Shown here: positions 34,701 to 49,700 of the stretch, piece by piece
Position numbering within the stretch: the stretch's first letter is position 1
How the letters are laid out: each line of letters begins with the position of its first letter
Assembly: GCA_002633005.1 (NCBI GenBank)
Contig: NMRA01000059.1
Span: 232,992-296,714, forward strand
Length of the DNA: 63,723 bases
Origin: Phoronis australis
Taxonomy: Eukaryota > Animalia > Phoronida
Direction of reading: 5' to 3'
Made by a program: the position numbers and the translations under genes
Notes under the pieces: model-generated
Told to the model about the DNA's origin: nothing
The model's database searches: none
The model's input: only the letters and a program-made list of their open reading frames with translations

Positions 34701-37700
34701 TTATTTTTGTAAGCCTCGCATTTATCTCGCTTAGTTAGTTTTGAATTGCCGGAATTTTGCAAATAGTGAATACCGTTCAGGGGTAATTCCCATTGTAGTT
34801 TTGAAAGTGTCTTGCACTACAAGTTACATGCAAGCATCGCGGCATGGATCAGGTACTTGAGAATCAAGGAAATCTTTCAGCTCTTTTAGTGTTTTTGAAT
34901 AGTGAAAGGAAAGATAATGTTGGCGTTCTTTTATTCAACTAAAACGCGAATGATTCAACGCTACGTGTAAATATAATCTCAAGTGCAGTACTTGCGTAAA
35001 TTGGTATTTTTATTAGAAATTGTTTCAGTCACTTAATAATCCGGCAAACACAAAAACCTGTTTTTTCAATAAACAGTTTCTAGGTTTAATTCAAGATGTT
35101 CGTGCAAAGAGTTTGTGTTTAAAGTTACAAAACGATAATTCGAGGATTTCTCTGCCGGAAAGCTTCAATCAGAAGTATACGCAGATTCAAATTTTAAACT
35201 AGGGTCCTCCAAGCCCTGATCCTCCAATGAATCGCAACAGATCTATAGTACAAGTTACCCCAGAATACGTTATGCACGCACTGGAAGACGCGTGCGGGCC
35301 AACTATGATGTGTGCCAACATTACTACAAAACACACTGTACTTTTATTTTACCAGTCCAGAACCAAGACCAAAGCCTCGTTTACGTGGTCAAGATTTACC
35401 TTGGATGCAAATGTCCACCTGGGTGCAATCGTATTTTTTTATGGATTTCCATGACTTGTAACAAAACGAAAAATTGTATACTCAAGGCCATTTTAAGGTT
35501 ATATGGGACCTTATCGACATGCCTGTGCATTTAGTAAAATATCTAAAAAACTGTAGATTTTAAGTCAGTAAAAGTATATATTTTCTGAAAGTAGAAACAT
35601 TGAAGAATTTGACTTTCGACCAATCTGTTATTGATTGGGTCACGTGACCATGCCTTTTCAGTAAAATTTAACAAAAACAAAGGAACAACGGTATCAATCA
35701 CACGACCAAAACTTATTTCATCGAAATGTTCGAGGTGAGATACCAAAAACTCTGTTTCGTTTTCGTTTCATGCAACATCAAAAATTTTCCATATAAATCA
35801 TAACAGCACTATGTTTGATAGACCCTCACGCAAAAGTGCAAAATTTTAATTCTTTACAGCGTGCTTGAGAAAAGGGCATAAAGCATTGTATCGGAAAGCT
35901 CAATGTGAATCCGATAAGCCGTTTCTGAGGAAAGACGTTTCGAAGACCACCAAATTTGGTCATTTTGCTATTGTAAAAGGTGAACAGGGTTGGCATGCGT
36001 GGTGAAAGGCATTTCTGTTAAGAATGTCAAATGTCAGTTGATGCTGGTTCATTTCTACATAGAACGGACTTTGTTCCTACTATACGGGGTGATTACTCGA
36101 ATGAAAATAAACTGGTCCATCATTTTGCAAGCCGAGTGTGATCACTACAACAATACAATGTAGCAGTACATTAGACTGTGCAAGCCACGTTGCTGGACCC
36201 ACTCCACGTTAGAACTAAGAAAAATTCACGAGAGTCTTTCCGTTGGTCATCATGTTATTCGTAAAACAAGTTTCAAGTCTGTTGGTTGTGTTTGGTAACT
36301 CCAATTTCTAGTCTAGACGAACAAAATCTTATACACACAGACAGATACAAACTTGTATTTTTGTTATTAATGACGGGTAATCGTCATCACCCGCTGGATG
36401 CAACCTAAGTCCTAAACGACAGCCCTTCAAAATATGACTTGGCGTCGCTATAATGACAACAGTGTTATGGTTATATTGAAGAAGTCTCCGCACGATCTGT
36501 GCAAGGTAAGAAAGAGACAGATTCTTGCGTGGAAAAAGCTTTAAGAATGTTATTTTAAAATGGCACTTTGGCAAGAAAAGTGGTTTACTGAGGTCAGTTC
36601 CAACAACGAAACCAGAACTCACAATCTCATTGGATGCTCTACTGGCGAAGCTACTGGCGAAGCTAAACCTCACTCTATCAAAAAAAATATATTAAGCGTA
36701 ACGTGGTAAAGTCATGGATCTCTTTGTTTTCTCCAAATGGCTGCCAGACACCGGCGAGAACTGGCGATTTGTAATAAAATCACAAAACAACGATTTTGTT
36801 GTTTTATAGGTCTGGTTAAGGGTAATACCTTCAAGAAGTGTATTCCATCCAAATAAGTGATTTATAGCTTCTGATGCACCATAGCTACTTGGTGACCATC
36901 TTTACTCCGCCCCCTCCATCCCTCCCTACCTCTCTCCCTCCCTCTGAATCAATTTGTACATGTGCACATGACTAAACTGAAAGAATGAATATAGAGTTGA
37001 GAAAAGGGATTTTTGAAACATTTTATGATTGAAGGCACGCTCCGCTGAGGTATCCGTGTTCTGAATGAAAGCTGTTATATAAAGTGTTTTTGCCATGAAA
37101 TGAGTCATTGAAACGTTTGTAAATAGTAGTGAAATAGCATAGGCTCGCTGAAAATTGCAATTTGCTGATGAGTTTAGAAACAACATTTCTATGTTATCTC
37201 TCGCATATTATTCATGAGCTCGCTTTAAAAGGCCAAAAATTGGAAATTCAAATTACTGAGGTTAAAGGAATTGGAAACTTTAATTTATGATTATTTTATA
37301 TTATTGGAGGAGAAAAGTGAGTTGTATATATCTTTTATTATTTTCTTACAAAAGTCTTTCATCAGTGCACGTCCCTAAATGAGCGTCCCAGGTGGTGAAC
37401 GAAGTTTACTTCATGTCAAAATACTGTGCTGGTCCGCTCAGCCTTAGGTGTATACTTACTTCTAAATTTAAACACTGTGCCCAGCAGGAACCAAATTTAC
37501 AGGTGTTACAATTCAAGATAGGTTATAAAGCTTGGCTAATTAGATGTCGGGACGTTTATTGATTTCAGACGTGCTCCAGACCAGGCCTCTGTTAGAGAGG
37601 TGTCTGTTGAAAACCTACAAGGCTAGGTCTTTAGTCTACGATGACAAACAGAAAAAAATCGCTTTTGTCAATTATCCACTCCAAGATTGTTTCACGTGAT

Positions 37701-40700
37701 TACAGGATAGGCTAAGGCAGACCTAGCTAGTCGGAGACCCAGCCTCTGTGGGTGAGACCTGCCGTGCGTTTTCAGGCGTGATACTCCTCGGGAAAACCCA
37801 AAATTACTCAATAATTTTCGAAACATCGCCATGTCTTTTGGCGAAACACATTTCACAATAGCCCCGTTCTTCCGGGAACTTCTTTCGTCTACGGAGTTGG
37901 CCCTAGCTTCCATTGGAAACCCCGTTGAATTTCAGCGTAGGCCTACCCCAGTACGTAAACTTCGGGGTTGCCTCAGTGGCCAGAAACCTAACTGGCCTCT
38001 AATTTGCTGTACACGCGCATCCAATTTAGGCCTTTGCAGGTGTATGTGAACAGATATTCGAAAAGGTGTTTCACATACAGGCGCGTGCGCCTAGTAGTGC
38101 TTCTCGTTGCAGCTAGGCTCAATAGCTCAGTTCTCTGTCTTGGTTGGTGTTGATGACGCACCAGTTAATATCTATCGCGTCGAAAAAATGACGATTCACT
38201 CACATTTCACTTTTGTTTTGGACAGTTATTCAAGTCTAGGCGCAGCAAAAGTGGCCAGTCTTATCCAGAACAAGACGCACTATATGCTAGCCTATGTTTA
38301 TTGTTCGAAGATTCCTTGCTTTTTTAATTATTCTACATTTTTGTTTTTTTGTGTTCCGGATGACGACAGCTTCGATTGCTATAGTATTGGCTTCACCACT
38401 AATATGCAGAAGTCGAACAATGTGATAAAAATTTTCAGTTTCATTATGAAAATTCCGCCCTCACTGGTCTAGTCTAGTCTACTAGAGTTACATTATTACT
38501 GAATGGTAGTCCTAACCTTGACTTCGTTCTCAACGAATTCCTCCTAAGCAACGTTAGCAAATTTTTATGTACCGTTTATCAATATTGTTCCATCTGATTT
38601 CCCTACATGAATCTGTACATATTTTTGTTTTTATATATCTGTAATAGCATGTCTAAGTATTGGAATACTTATTTTAGATACTACTTAATTGTATATACCT
38701 CTATGTATATAAGTTTCATTTATGAATTGCTTACAACCCAGATATAATGCTTCGCGGTTTCTGGGTTTTTTATTATTAGTCTTTGTACTGGTCTAGTTGG
38801 CTGACCGAGGGTCAGACTCGATTACCTTGGTGTTCACAACAATCGCACTATTAAAACGTAATCGTGTCGGAACGTGCTCTGAAAAACGTGACGCAAGAGA
38901 ATGGCGATTATACTGACAATTTCAGCTCAACTTCAATGAGCTATGGTCAGTTGTTGGGTTAGCGAAAACAGAATTTTGTGGTTCAGGAAAAAAGTTGGTC
39001 AGAGTAGCAAGAGGCGAAAAATAAGACAGGGCTCCACCCATTGTGGATTGGGAAAAGACTACCCTTTGAAGGGAAATGCGGAAAATCCCGGCCTTTCGCA
39101 AAATTTTGTTCCGGAAACCGCATCGCCGGGGCACCGTCTTTCCGTCGCAGGTCAATATTATATTATTGAAGTACACTTATGATTAAGCCGAAAAAAGTTA
39201 AGGTCAGCGCCTCTTGGATGTACTCAGAACCGGACAGCATACTTGTAGTCCAAAATCTGTGCATGTTTTGCAACCTTTAAAAAAAAAACGGTTCATCAGA
39301 CTTGTTGATCTGTGTACATGCACGAACCTAGCTTAAAAATGAGGGGCTCGAATTTTTCAGAACGCGGACCTAAGTTTTACGGCACCGGACGACGACCGGC
39401 CGCCTTAGCGCCGCGTTCAAGCTAATGTGCATTCGCCGAATTTTGGTAGTTCCTGCCATTTCAGTGTAATTTTGTCTCGTTTTCTATTTTTTCGGAGTTT
39501 TTGTTTCTCTGAGGCGTACCTTTTTGCCCACTTCGCCAAATGGGGGGCGCGCATCGAGTGTTGAGTGTAGTGTGAAAACCGCGGAGGCTACAACATTAGT
39601 AAGTTCGGAAGACTATTTATTAGTCTTCTTGTAAGCCATGTGAAATTTGTTGTTTCGAGCTGTCCTAGAAAAGGCACTCTTTTATTAATTGAATGGGAAA
39701 GGCATTCTTCGGAGGAAAAGTCATGGTGCCGGAAAAGTCACCCCTCTGTGAGCGGCTCGACTCAGTCGTACTGTTATCTCTCCTTGAATGGATTACCAGT
39801 CAAGAAATCGAATAGGCTATTCTTACAGTACACTTCCGGATCTGGATAGAATAGCCTCAATCAAAACATTCCTTGAAAAGCTTCACTTCAGAGGCTAAAT
39901 AATTGACTGACCTTTATAGAATCTCTAAACACGTTATACGTTTCAATTACTCTTAACACTAGTGCACAATACCAGTTCTACTTGATTATGGCTTTCTGTT
40001 TTGTTAGCTATCGTAAGAGACTAGTTTTATTGCGGCCATATCTAAACAGTTTGCATTCAAGACTTCGGCCCGTCTTTGGAAACCAGTACGTCGTGTATTG
40101 TGCGGTCGATTATTTAAAACTTAAGTGCGAAGCATCGCGGGAATGTTAGCAATCAATGGCGGATCTTTGACTTTTCATGTTTATTGAAAATGGCTGAACA
40201 AGTGTTGAAATGAACGCTCACCCGTCATCGCGCGATCGGATTTGGAGTGTGAGCGTCGCTGAACTCTGCAGTGTATATATAAGTGAAGCCGACTGGTAGT
40301 AATTATTGAGGGGCATCACTGGCCATAATCGACGCGTTTAATTTTGATTTTTTAAGGAGCCCACATTAGCAACAATTATGTGTGGTTTTGAGCAGACCAA
40401 CTCTCATTTTGACCTCGGATCAATAGTTTATTAACATACTGCATGATAAATAGTGCCTGAATCATCTGTGTTGGCTGTCGTTGGCACAATGACGTCAAAG
40501 TTCGTTTCTAGTCACAAAGCTGGTACAGAAGTTACAGGGTCACAGTCATGGAACGAGTGGACGGTGCGTGCAGTCTTAAACGATTAGTAAATATTAATCA
40601 GAAGTTTTCAAATGTAACTGGCAACTTGGAGTCAATTGCACAAGATTTTTTTTTAAATGTGCTTTGTTGACTGCCATTTTAATTCAGCAGGGTGTTTGAA

Positions 40701-43700
40701 TTTGGGCATGTTGTCATAGTCTCATTAGTAAGGTTTCACAGGAGAGACCCTGGATGATCATCTTGAGTAACAGATTTTGGTTGTTTTTTTTTGTATTTTT
40801 TCAGTTGAAGTTGACTTCTTGCAGTAGGCCTATAAAAATTTTTGTTTCACTGTGAACCTGAATATCCATTCAATTTTATATGAAAAGAATAAACTTAGGT
40901 ATCCTAAGCATTTTAAAAGTATGACTGTGTACATGGCTAACTGTATTGTAAGTGATGGTGCATACGCCAAGTGATTTTCTACAAATTACGCTTAACACTC
41001 GTTAAATTATAAAAATTACGTTACAATATGTATCTTTTGAGTAAAGATGGACACCTTTGGAGGCAGTTGGAGTCTTTAAATTCTTCCAACTCGAACAAAT
41101 ATTCAACATTTTTTTAATAATCCTTATTCTGTCAGTGAATTTGAAGTGCAAGGGGTTATGGGTAGGTCACCCGTCTGCCAGCTACGTCAAGACACAGCAG
41201 CACAGACAGGAAACCTGTCTTAGAACTAATTTTAACATACCATGGACAATTTGATATGAATTGTACATGCTTAAGGCTTACTCTCTATAAGCAATAACAT
41301 CTCATGGATAAATGTTATTAAAACTATTGAGGTGAAGAGGTGAGCAGTTAGTTGAAATGTGTTAGTGATCTCTGAGGGTGATGATAAGGTTGCTAAGCTT
41401 GCAAGGCTAAACTGATGTTTTAGAGGGCTGACACCCAATCACTCACTTTGTACATGTGTCCTCTGCTTTGATGTTCTGCTGTTGTAGACTAATCTGCTCA
41501 GATGAAATGTGTATTACTCCAATGACATTACTTCACTGACATTACTTCACTGCATTAGTCCACTGAGATTATCCTGAATTATACTAAAGCAAAATTAGGA
41601 AGTGACAGTTGGTACAAAAAATTTTGAATGCTCAATCAATTTTTCAAAAGTGACTAGGTTAGTGTTATCAGAAACATCAGAATTGATTGAAAACACATTA
41701 AAATGCAGAGTAAATTAATGTTTGTGTCCCTTCAGTGTTCAGTTTCAACACATGACATAATTCACAGTATTTGGTTGGTGAGTTGTTGGTAGTTATAGTT
41801 AGCACTATTCAGTGTTGGCTTTGTACTTCCAAACACTGTTGTCCAGTGGACCTTGATACTCATATCAATTTACTGAGGCTTGAGAAAACAGTCATAAATC
41901 ACTGATGCTACTACAGGAGTGCTAGCATTGTTGCATGGTATTGTGTATCATTGTTGAATGGTATTGTATATCATTTTTGATCATGAAAATTTTTGTCAAA
42001 GCTCCAGTCTGATTTGTTGTCAGTCATATACATGTACTACGAGCAAAACCCTCATAATGTGCCTGCACCCTACTTTTATTTAACATGACCCTCATATTGT
42101 ACCTGTGCCCCTCTTTTATTTAACACAGCAGTCATAAGGTGCCTGCACCCCACTTTTGCTTGACACAGCTCTCATAAAGTCTGTATGTGTCTTTCTAGCT
42201 TAGTTGCATCAAATGAGGCAAGCCTGTAGCCTCCAGCAAACGATGCACTATGTTCTTCAATCATGTAAAAATGGACACAAAGATAGACAGAATTTATAAC
42301 ATTGCACTGCTTTTCAATTTCCTGTCAGTATGACATGACCTTGTTATTCACTTTATTATTCCAGTCTCAGCTTCATGCCTATATTGCCTGGGTGAACTCA
42401 CAGCTGCGAAAGAGACCAGGATGTCGTCAAGTGGAAGAATTGAGGCACGACATGCAGGATGGAGTAGCACTCGTACAGCTTATAGAGATCATAGGTCAGT
42501 GGTGCCCCCTGTTGGTGGTTATTGCTTGTTCGCTTATATTACATCAGTTTAGTTACCCATCTCAGTTGGGTGTTCTAGTTTCTGAATTCAACTCTTTTAT
42601 TGCAGATGTAAAAGTGCTTTGTATGATTGACTATACTTTTTGAAAGGTACGGCCTCTAACACATTTCTGATTTGAGACGGACAAGTTGTAGAGAGCAATT
42701 ATCGTACACCACTCAGTTTTTCAGAAATGCTGGTCAGGTGGGAAGAGGACCATTAATTGTTCTCAGTTGATGGTTCGTTAGAGCAGACACGCCCTCTACA
42801 AGAGCAATCTTAATACACAGTCAGTGTTGTTAGTTTATGGTTGGTTAGAGGAGGCATGGCTTACATGGGCAACATAATTGCACAGTCAGTGTTATTAGTT
42901 TATTGTTGGTTAGTTTTGACATGTAAACCTTGATGACACTCAGTAATGAGTGTTGAAGTGAATTATTCATAGATTTTGTTTCTGAAATGTGGCAAAGATC
43001 CTTGTGAGTCGGGTGTAGTGCAGTATTATCTGATGTGAGTAAATATGCCCGAGAGCAAATGTTCGGCCCGTCATAGCTATTGTGGGAGTCTTTAATTTGA
43101 TGAGGGATTGCTGGCTTTTAGATTTGCAGATGTTATGCAGATTTTTAAGGAGGTTCCGGCTCATTCACAGTCACGTGTTCTGAAGTTAAACCATGCATTT
43201 TTACGTCATTCTCAGTCTTGAAATTCCATTCCAGCCCAAGAGAAGTTCCTGGGTGTGCACTTGAATCCCCAGAACACGTTGGAGATGAGAGAAAATGTTG
43301 AGAAAGTGTTACAGTTCATGGTGTCACACCGCATACGCATGCATCAGATCAATGCTAAAGGTATACTCAAATCATACGCATGCATCAGATCAATGCTAAA
43401 GGTATACTCAAATCATACGCATGCATCAGATCAATGCTAAAGGTATACTCAAATCATACGCATGCATCAGATCAATGCTAAAGGTATACTCAAATCAACT
43501 TGCAAACGTAAGGTACTTTTGTAAAAAAACAGCATTCCTATTTGTTTTTGTTACATTACGCAAAAGCTAAGCCTTCGTATCAAAAATCCTAACGGCGTTT
43601 TTGAGTTGTTTACGTCACATAGAGCAAATTTTCTGTTTTAACTTGATCGTCAGTGATGTAGTGACCTTGTGCTGCTATTCCTTTGTAATATATTCAAATA

Positions 43701-46700
43701 ATGTTTATCTATTTAGTATACTAATATATTCAGATAATGTTCATCTATTTAGTATACTAATATATTCAAATAATGTTCATCTATTTAGTATACTAATATA
43801 TTCAAATAATGTTTATCTATTTAGTATACTAATATATTCAAATAATGTTCATCTATTTAGTATACTAATATATTCAAATAATGTTCATCTATTTAGTAAA
43901 CTAATATATTCAAATAATGTTCATCTATTTAGTATACTAATATATTCAAATAATGTTTATCTATTTAGTATACTAATATATTCAAATAATGTTCATCTAT
44001 TTAGTATACTAATCTGATGGTAAGTCATTTGATGAATCTGTACAACATCCAGATACGGATAATGTTCACCATTGATAGAGGCTGGTGAAGACGAAGCCTT
44101 GGTATCAGGTGATAAATGTTTGTTGATAAGATACATTTAAGATTTTAGAGTGGCCCTTTAGATATGATGGTCGTTGAGCACAGGTAGTGTTATCTGGGGG
44201 ATTGCATAGTTGGAATAGTTAGTCCACGCGTATTGACACAGTTTGTGTTGTCATGACAACCAGTACTCTAGTCTTGTTTTTTTAACCTGCAAGTAACAGC
44301 TGTGATGACCCAGTCATCAACATGACAAATTATTAAATACATTAATTTTAAGAAACCTGAAAAGCTAGTTGAAGAGAATTCTGAGGTTGATTTGAAGACT
44401 TTTTTAGAGCGTTGAAAATATTTTTATTGATGTGGGATGTGCAATTGTAAGGAAATATCTTGTGTTGTTTATGTTCAAAAAAATACATCTAGTGATGTGA
44501 AATAGCCTGACCTTAAATAGAGAATATCTTGGTCTTGTGTCGCAGATGTATGATAGCTATGCGTAGTCACATTCTATCATGTCTTGGTCTTCTTTATATA
44601 AAAACACAGAGTCTTGGGTCAGCAAATATTTAGTTATGTTAAATTGGATGACAACCTCTAGTTTTTTAACACTGGTTTGATATGACTAATACTGTTTGTG
44701 TGCATGTTAATTTATTGACTTTCCATAGAAGAGGTACTGGATTTAGACACCGGGTGTTGACACTGGAGTGGCCATCACCATCACTTGGTTGTTTGATTCT
44801 TAGATTTTTTCTCGATTTACTTTTTAAATAAGCCAGTACCGAAAGTTTTAGTGGGTGTGGTAGTTTTCAAAAATGACGAAGATGGAATTATGGGGGATAA
44901 TTCTTTGTGAACTGCCAACCAAAATACTGTAGTAATTTAAATCTTTTTCCACAAGCCTCAGATCCACGGTGCATTGTTTTTACATTGAATACCAGTCATC
45001 CTAGGACTACTGTATGTAAGGATACAAGAAAGTGGTTACATGTCAGATTGTTTCACTTTTAATATTCAAAAGCAGTTTAAAGAATATATAAGGATGCACC
45101 ACTGTGGTCACACAGCAGTGTCTAGTTTAATGGGGTACCTCCACTAATATACACTGGCGGATTTAGAGTTGTCGGGGGCCCTCTACGGTCTTGACCTTAA
45201 AAACAAAAAACAAAAAGAGAAGAACAAAATGGTGCCGATATCCCATGTGAAGGTTTCCACAGGCACCTCCGACATCCTAGGTTAACCAGTGACTTATTTC
45301 CAAGAATTTTTTGTCCCAGCAATTTATGGAAAGTTGATTTTGCATTTTTTCTGTGCTTGACCAACTCTCAGTTATGTGCATTTTGTCCAACAGTTGAATA
45401 ACTAGTGTTTGTGTATATACAGGTCCATGACTAAACAATTGTCCTTCTTTACTCTTAAATTAGTGGGTCTAATGGAGATAAGCCACACTATGAGTACCAT
45501 TGTTGCTTGTTATGTACCAGTGTGGTCACACACTGCTATGTATGCAATAACATATATGTACATGGGTGCATATTGCCGTCATCTCTGCCTAGGTGTACGA
45601 TGCCTGTGGCTGTTTTTCTAAAACACTTTGAAGGATCATGTGACAGTTGGCAGACGTGTATTGGTGGAGATGATGATGACTGTCACATAGATCCATTCCA
45701 ACTATTGCTGTGCCCCCTAGTGGCAATTTTAGTATTTTATGTTTAGAATTTTGCAATAGGTTTCTCTCAATGAGGCAACAACGTCTTCCCATTTTTGGAC
45801 AGATTTAACGTATTCTGAGCCACCTAGTGGCCTTTTTTATTTTACAAATCTGTTGCGGGATCTGCTTTTTTATCTACTAAATTGGATAATTAATCGCTTG
45901 ATGGATCATTATAAAATTGATGTATGTGTTCTGGCTGTGAAAGGCACAGCTGAAATTGATTTGTAAACGGGTCATATTAGCATGGCATCATCTAGAGGTA
46001 ATTTATATGTTTTCAAGGTGTTGTAATGCTCCTGTTATGTCTTTGACTACTGCACTGCAGCTATTGTCGAAATATGTTAACAATAAAAGCTTAACTTTGC
46101 TTGTTCTCACACTAGTCTCTTCAACATGCTAGCGTGTACTGTATCATATTGGTGCAATTTTACTGTATATTTTCATGGGTATTGTAGTTCTCAAAACATT
46201 ATGGATATTGGTAAATCGGTGATATTGGATAAATTTTTTTGACCAGTTGTTTAATGATTCCGTTCTCTTCACATTTTTTTCCCAGTTTTGTCAGAACATG
46301 CTACTGTATTAAACTTCAACGAGAATTTATTTATTATTTTAGAAGTATCACATACAACTAACTCAAATTGCCAATTCTTACTGTTTCTATTCCAGAAATT
46401 GTAGATGGAAATCTGAAGGCCATTATGCGTCTCATCCTGGCACTTGCTGCTCACTACAAGCCGGGAAGTGTCAAACAATCTGCACACCAACAGTTCCGGT
46501 CCCCGCGGGCGAGTCCTATGGCCAGCATGGCCCAGGGGGCAGCAGCAGCTCTGGCTGAGATAAGACGGGATGCAGCCAGTGTTGGACAGAAGATTCGCCG
46601 ACCGAAACAGTTCCCCGGTGACAATGTGCCCAGGTAGTAAAGACTTTTGCAGTTATGTTCTGCTTTGTTTGTTTTGAATTAAGATACTTACTCTGAGTCG

Positions 46701-49700
46701 TATGTTTCTTGATGTTTTGAATCCTTATGTGGTTCTTTTCAGTCAAAGGATCCATGATAGTGACATATGGAAGGTCTTGTTAAGTTTTCAAATGTTCATT
46801 TCCATCAAGAAACACTTTGATGGTTTAAAAATTTCTGAGCCATCATCTCTTGCAGGTACTATGGTAGTAGCTCAGAGCAGTTGAGTGACTCTGACCAGAG
46901 TTCAGTGTCACGAGGCCGTGCTATGCCCCGTCTTCGTGATCAGGATAGTATAGATGGCGCTAGTGCTAACAGTAGTCCATCAAACAGTGCTCAGCACTCA
47001 CCGCGGGGCAGCATCAGTCTGTCCATGGTCAGAAGCAGATCAGACTTCAATGTGCATCAAGGTGACTATGGTAATTATGGTATACACTGGGTAAAATGAC
47101 TAAAGGTTTTCTGTGTTGTAACACATACTAATACTTAAGACTTTTACCAAATGTTATGATCTTTAATGACGTCATTACTTTGCCAACTAATGTGTCTGAA
47201 AAATGTAACTAGATCATGGCTCATACAATCCTGAGAAGCCCTTAAATTTACAGTCTTGACCCTGAAATGTCTTTGAATTTCGAATCTTTGTCTTGGAATT
47301 TTAGCTTTTTATCTAGAAGATATTTGAAAGACCTTAATCATAAGTAGGTGTCTATGATTTTAGTTTTTGGTTGCTTCAAAAAGTTGTTGTAGAAGTCATG
47401 AACAGGAGCCATTTTTCTTGATGTGCCATTACATTTTATGCATGAGAGTAATTAAAAATGCATGACGCCAAGTTTGCCTTTTTGAGTCCCTGGTTTTAAA
47501 GATTTTCACAGTTGTGATTGGAGGATTGGGATTAATGCACTCAAAGTTGTAATATAACGACCTTAAATTTGTTTTGAGTACACTTTGAATTGCCCCCAAA
47601 AGTCTCTGAATTTCTTTGTCAGAGTTTTGTATCAAACATACAAATCAAATTCTTAATTTGTGGTATATAGCAAATCTAGAATTCAAACTGTCCTACTCAG
47701 ATGCCCTGGTGTTACTTACAGAGGACTTGGCACATCAAGCAATGGAAAATGAAGCTGAGAGAAAAAAGAAAGAAAGTCTATTGCAGGAGTTGATGGACAG
47801 CCATATAGACTTGGATGAAGAGATAGCAGCCACTAAGAAGACAGTGATGCTGCTTCAGGAGCTGGTGGGTGGAGCTATCCTGTAGGGATGTAGTGGGCGG
47901 GGTTTAAGAGGTGGAGACTTGCATAAGGAGATAGCAGTTGTCAAAAATGCAGCGATGCTGTTTAGGTATTGGTAGGTGGAGCAAGCACTTATGAGAATGT
48001 TGTGGGCAGGGCTTCAGGAATGGGTGGGGGAGCTTGCATGTGGATTATGGGGATATAGTGGGCGAGGCTTAGGATTGATGAGTGCAGTAGACTACTATAC
48101 TGAGTTAGAAGAGCAGATTATGGATATCTATTCTGCATTCAAGTTTTGTTTGCTAAGTAAAAATTTCTTTTGACTCATTCTGCTTCCTGTCATTTTTGAT
48201 TGGACTTGTATTCTCCTTTTGATATCTGATAGTTATCACTGTACATATCTGAGAGTTAGCACTGTATATATGTGAGAGTTAGCACTGTTTCAATCTGATG
48301 TTTAATTGTCACAATTTATTTGCAGTTGTTGTCTGGCCGAAGTCATGATGGTGCAGATGAAGAGGAAGGAGATGTTCCATTTGAAGGATCCACTCCCTCT
48401 GAACAACTGGTGAGTAGAAACAGCTGGTCATAGTGATGGTCACAAAACCGACATGGCTATTTTGTTTAGCGAGACAACTAATGCATACAACTCGTGTGCC
48501 TTTTATTAAGCGAAGCCATCTGTGAATTGCAACTGTGAGATAATGGATCTGACAGTGCTGGTTTTTTGTTGTTCATCTTGTGGTAATCTACACGTGGTTC
48601 TTCTACACTTTTCAACATGGTTCAGCAAAAATACAGTCTACACTTATTATCTGGCAGTTTTATGTGTCCGTGTATATGTATGTTATATTTGACTATGTGT
48701 ATGTATATCTGTGGGAGTGTGTGCGTTCTGTCATCAACTCTGTCTGGTCATCCAGCATCTACTGCTGTATCTCCTAAGCCCCTGGCAGGATCTTCATGGA
48801 ATTTGGCATATGTGTCCCTATGAAGCTGAGAGATGGCAACTTCCACTTTGCTCCTTAGTGGCAATTTTATTTTTTTGCTGGCATCTTCGGAGTTTCTTGA
48901 CGGATTTTCCTGAAATTTGGTAAATAGGTTTCTAAGGAGACAACAACGTCATCGGACATTTTTGACCTATTCTGCGCCACATAGTGGCCATTTTTCTTAT
49001 TTTCAATTCCATTTTTTACTTGTGCCTCTCTTTACACCAAATTGTTTGAAGGTTTATTATCAAAATTGGCAGATGTGTTCCTGTTAGCATTGATTTTAGA
49101 TCTCATCTGGCTACTGTGCTGCCTCTAGTGGCCATTTTTTTTCTTAACATATGACACTGCCTTTGGAACTGACTACTACTGACTTATAAACACCCCTAGA
49201 AGTGTAGTTTTTGTGGTTCAGTTGTGGGGCATTTCAACGCATTGCATAACTCCCGTTTTAAACACAAGAGAACTCTGAACATGATATGTGTACACATTAC
49301 TTAAGTGGAGTCGAGAAGCTGAAGATGAAACTTAAGTAATGTTGTTTTATAGAATTTCAATCCAGCAACTTATAAGAGTGGACCACGAATACCATGCCAC
49401 TGGGCCACATTGGCTCCTATATGAATGCCATGCCACTGGGCCACACTGGCTCCTATATGAATACCATGTCATTGGGCCACACTGGCTACTATGTGAATGT
49501 CATGCTACTGGACCACACTGGCTCCTACATGAATGCCATGCCACTGGACCACACTGGCTCCTATATGAATGCCATGCACCTGGGCGGCCACACTGGCTCC
49601 TATTAATCCATTACTTGTCTTCACACATTTGTTGTGTGCAGCCTTCAGTCTCCCCGCTTGTCTCTACAATGGCCCGTTGTCTACTTTGTACATTCACAGA

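Noticed and set aside
35493-36000. Possible second TTAA-type transposon end (TTAAGGTTATATGGGACC)
   Set aside because: No matching opposite terminus found by eye.
43601-44017. 138-aa ORF ([12 protein letters not shown] repeats)
   Set aside because: Translation of a 36-bp AT-rich minisatellite.
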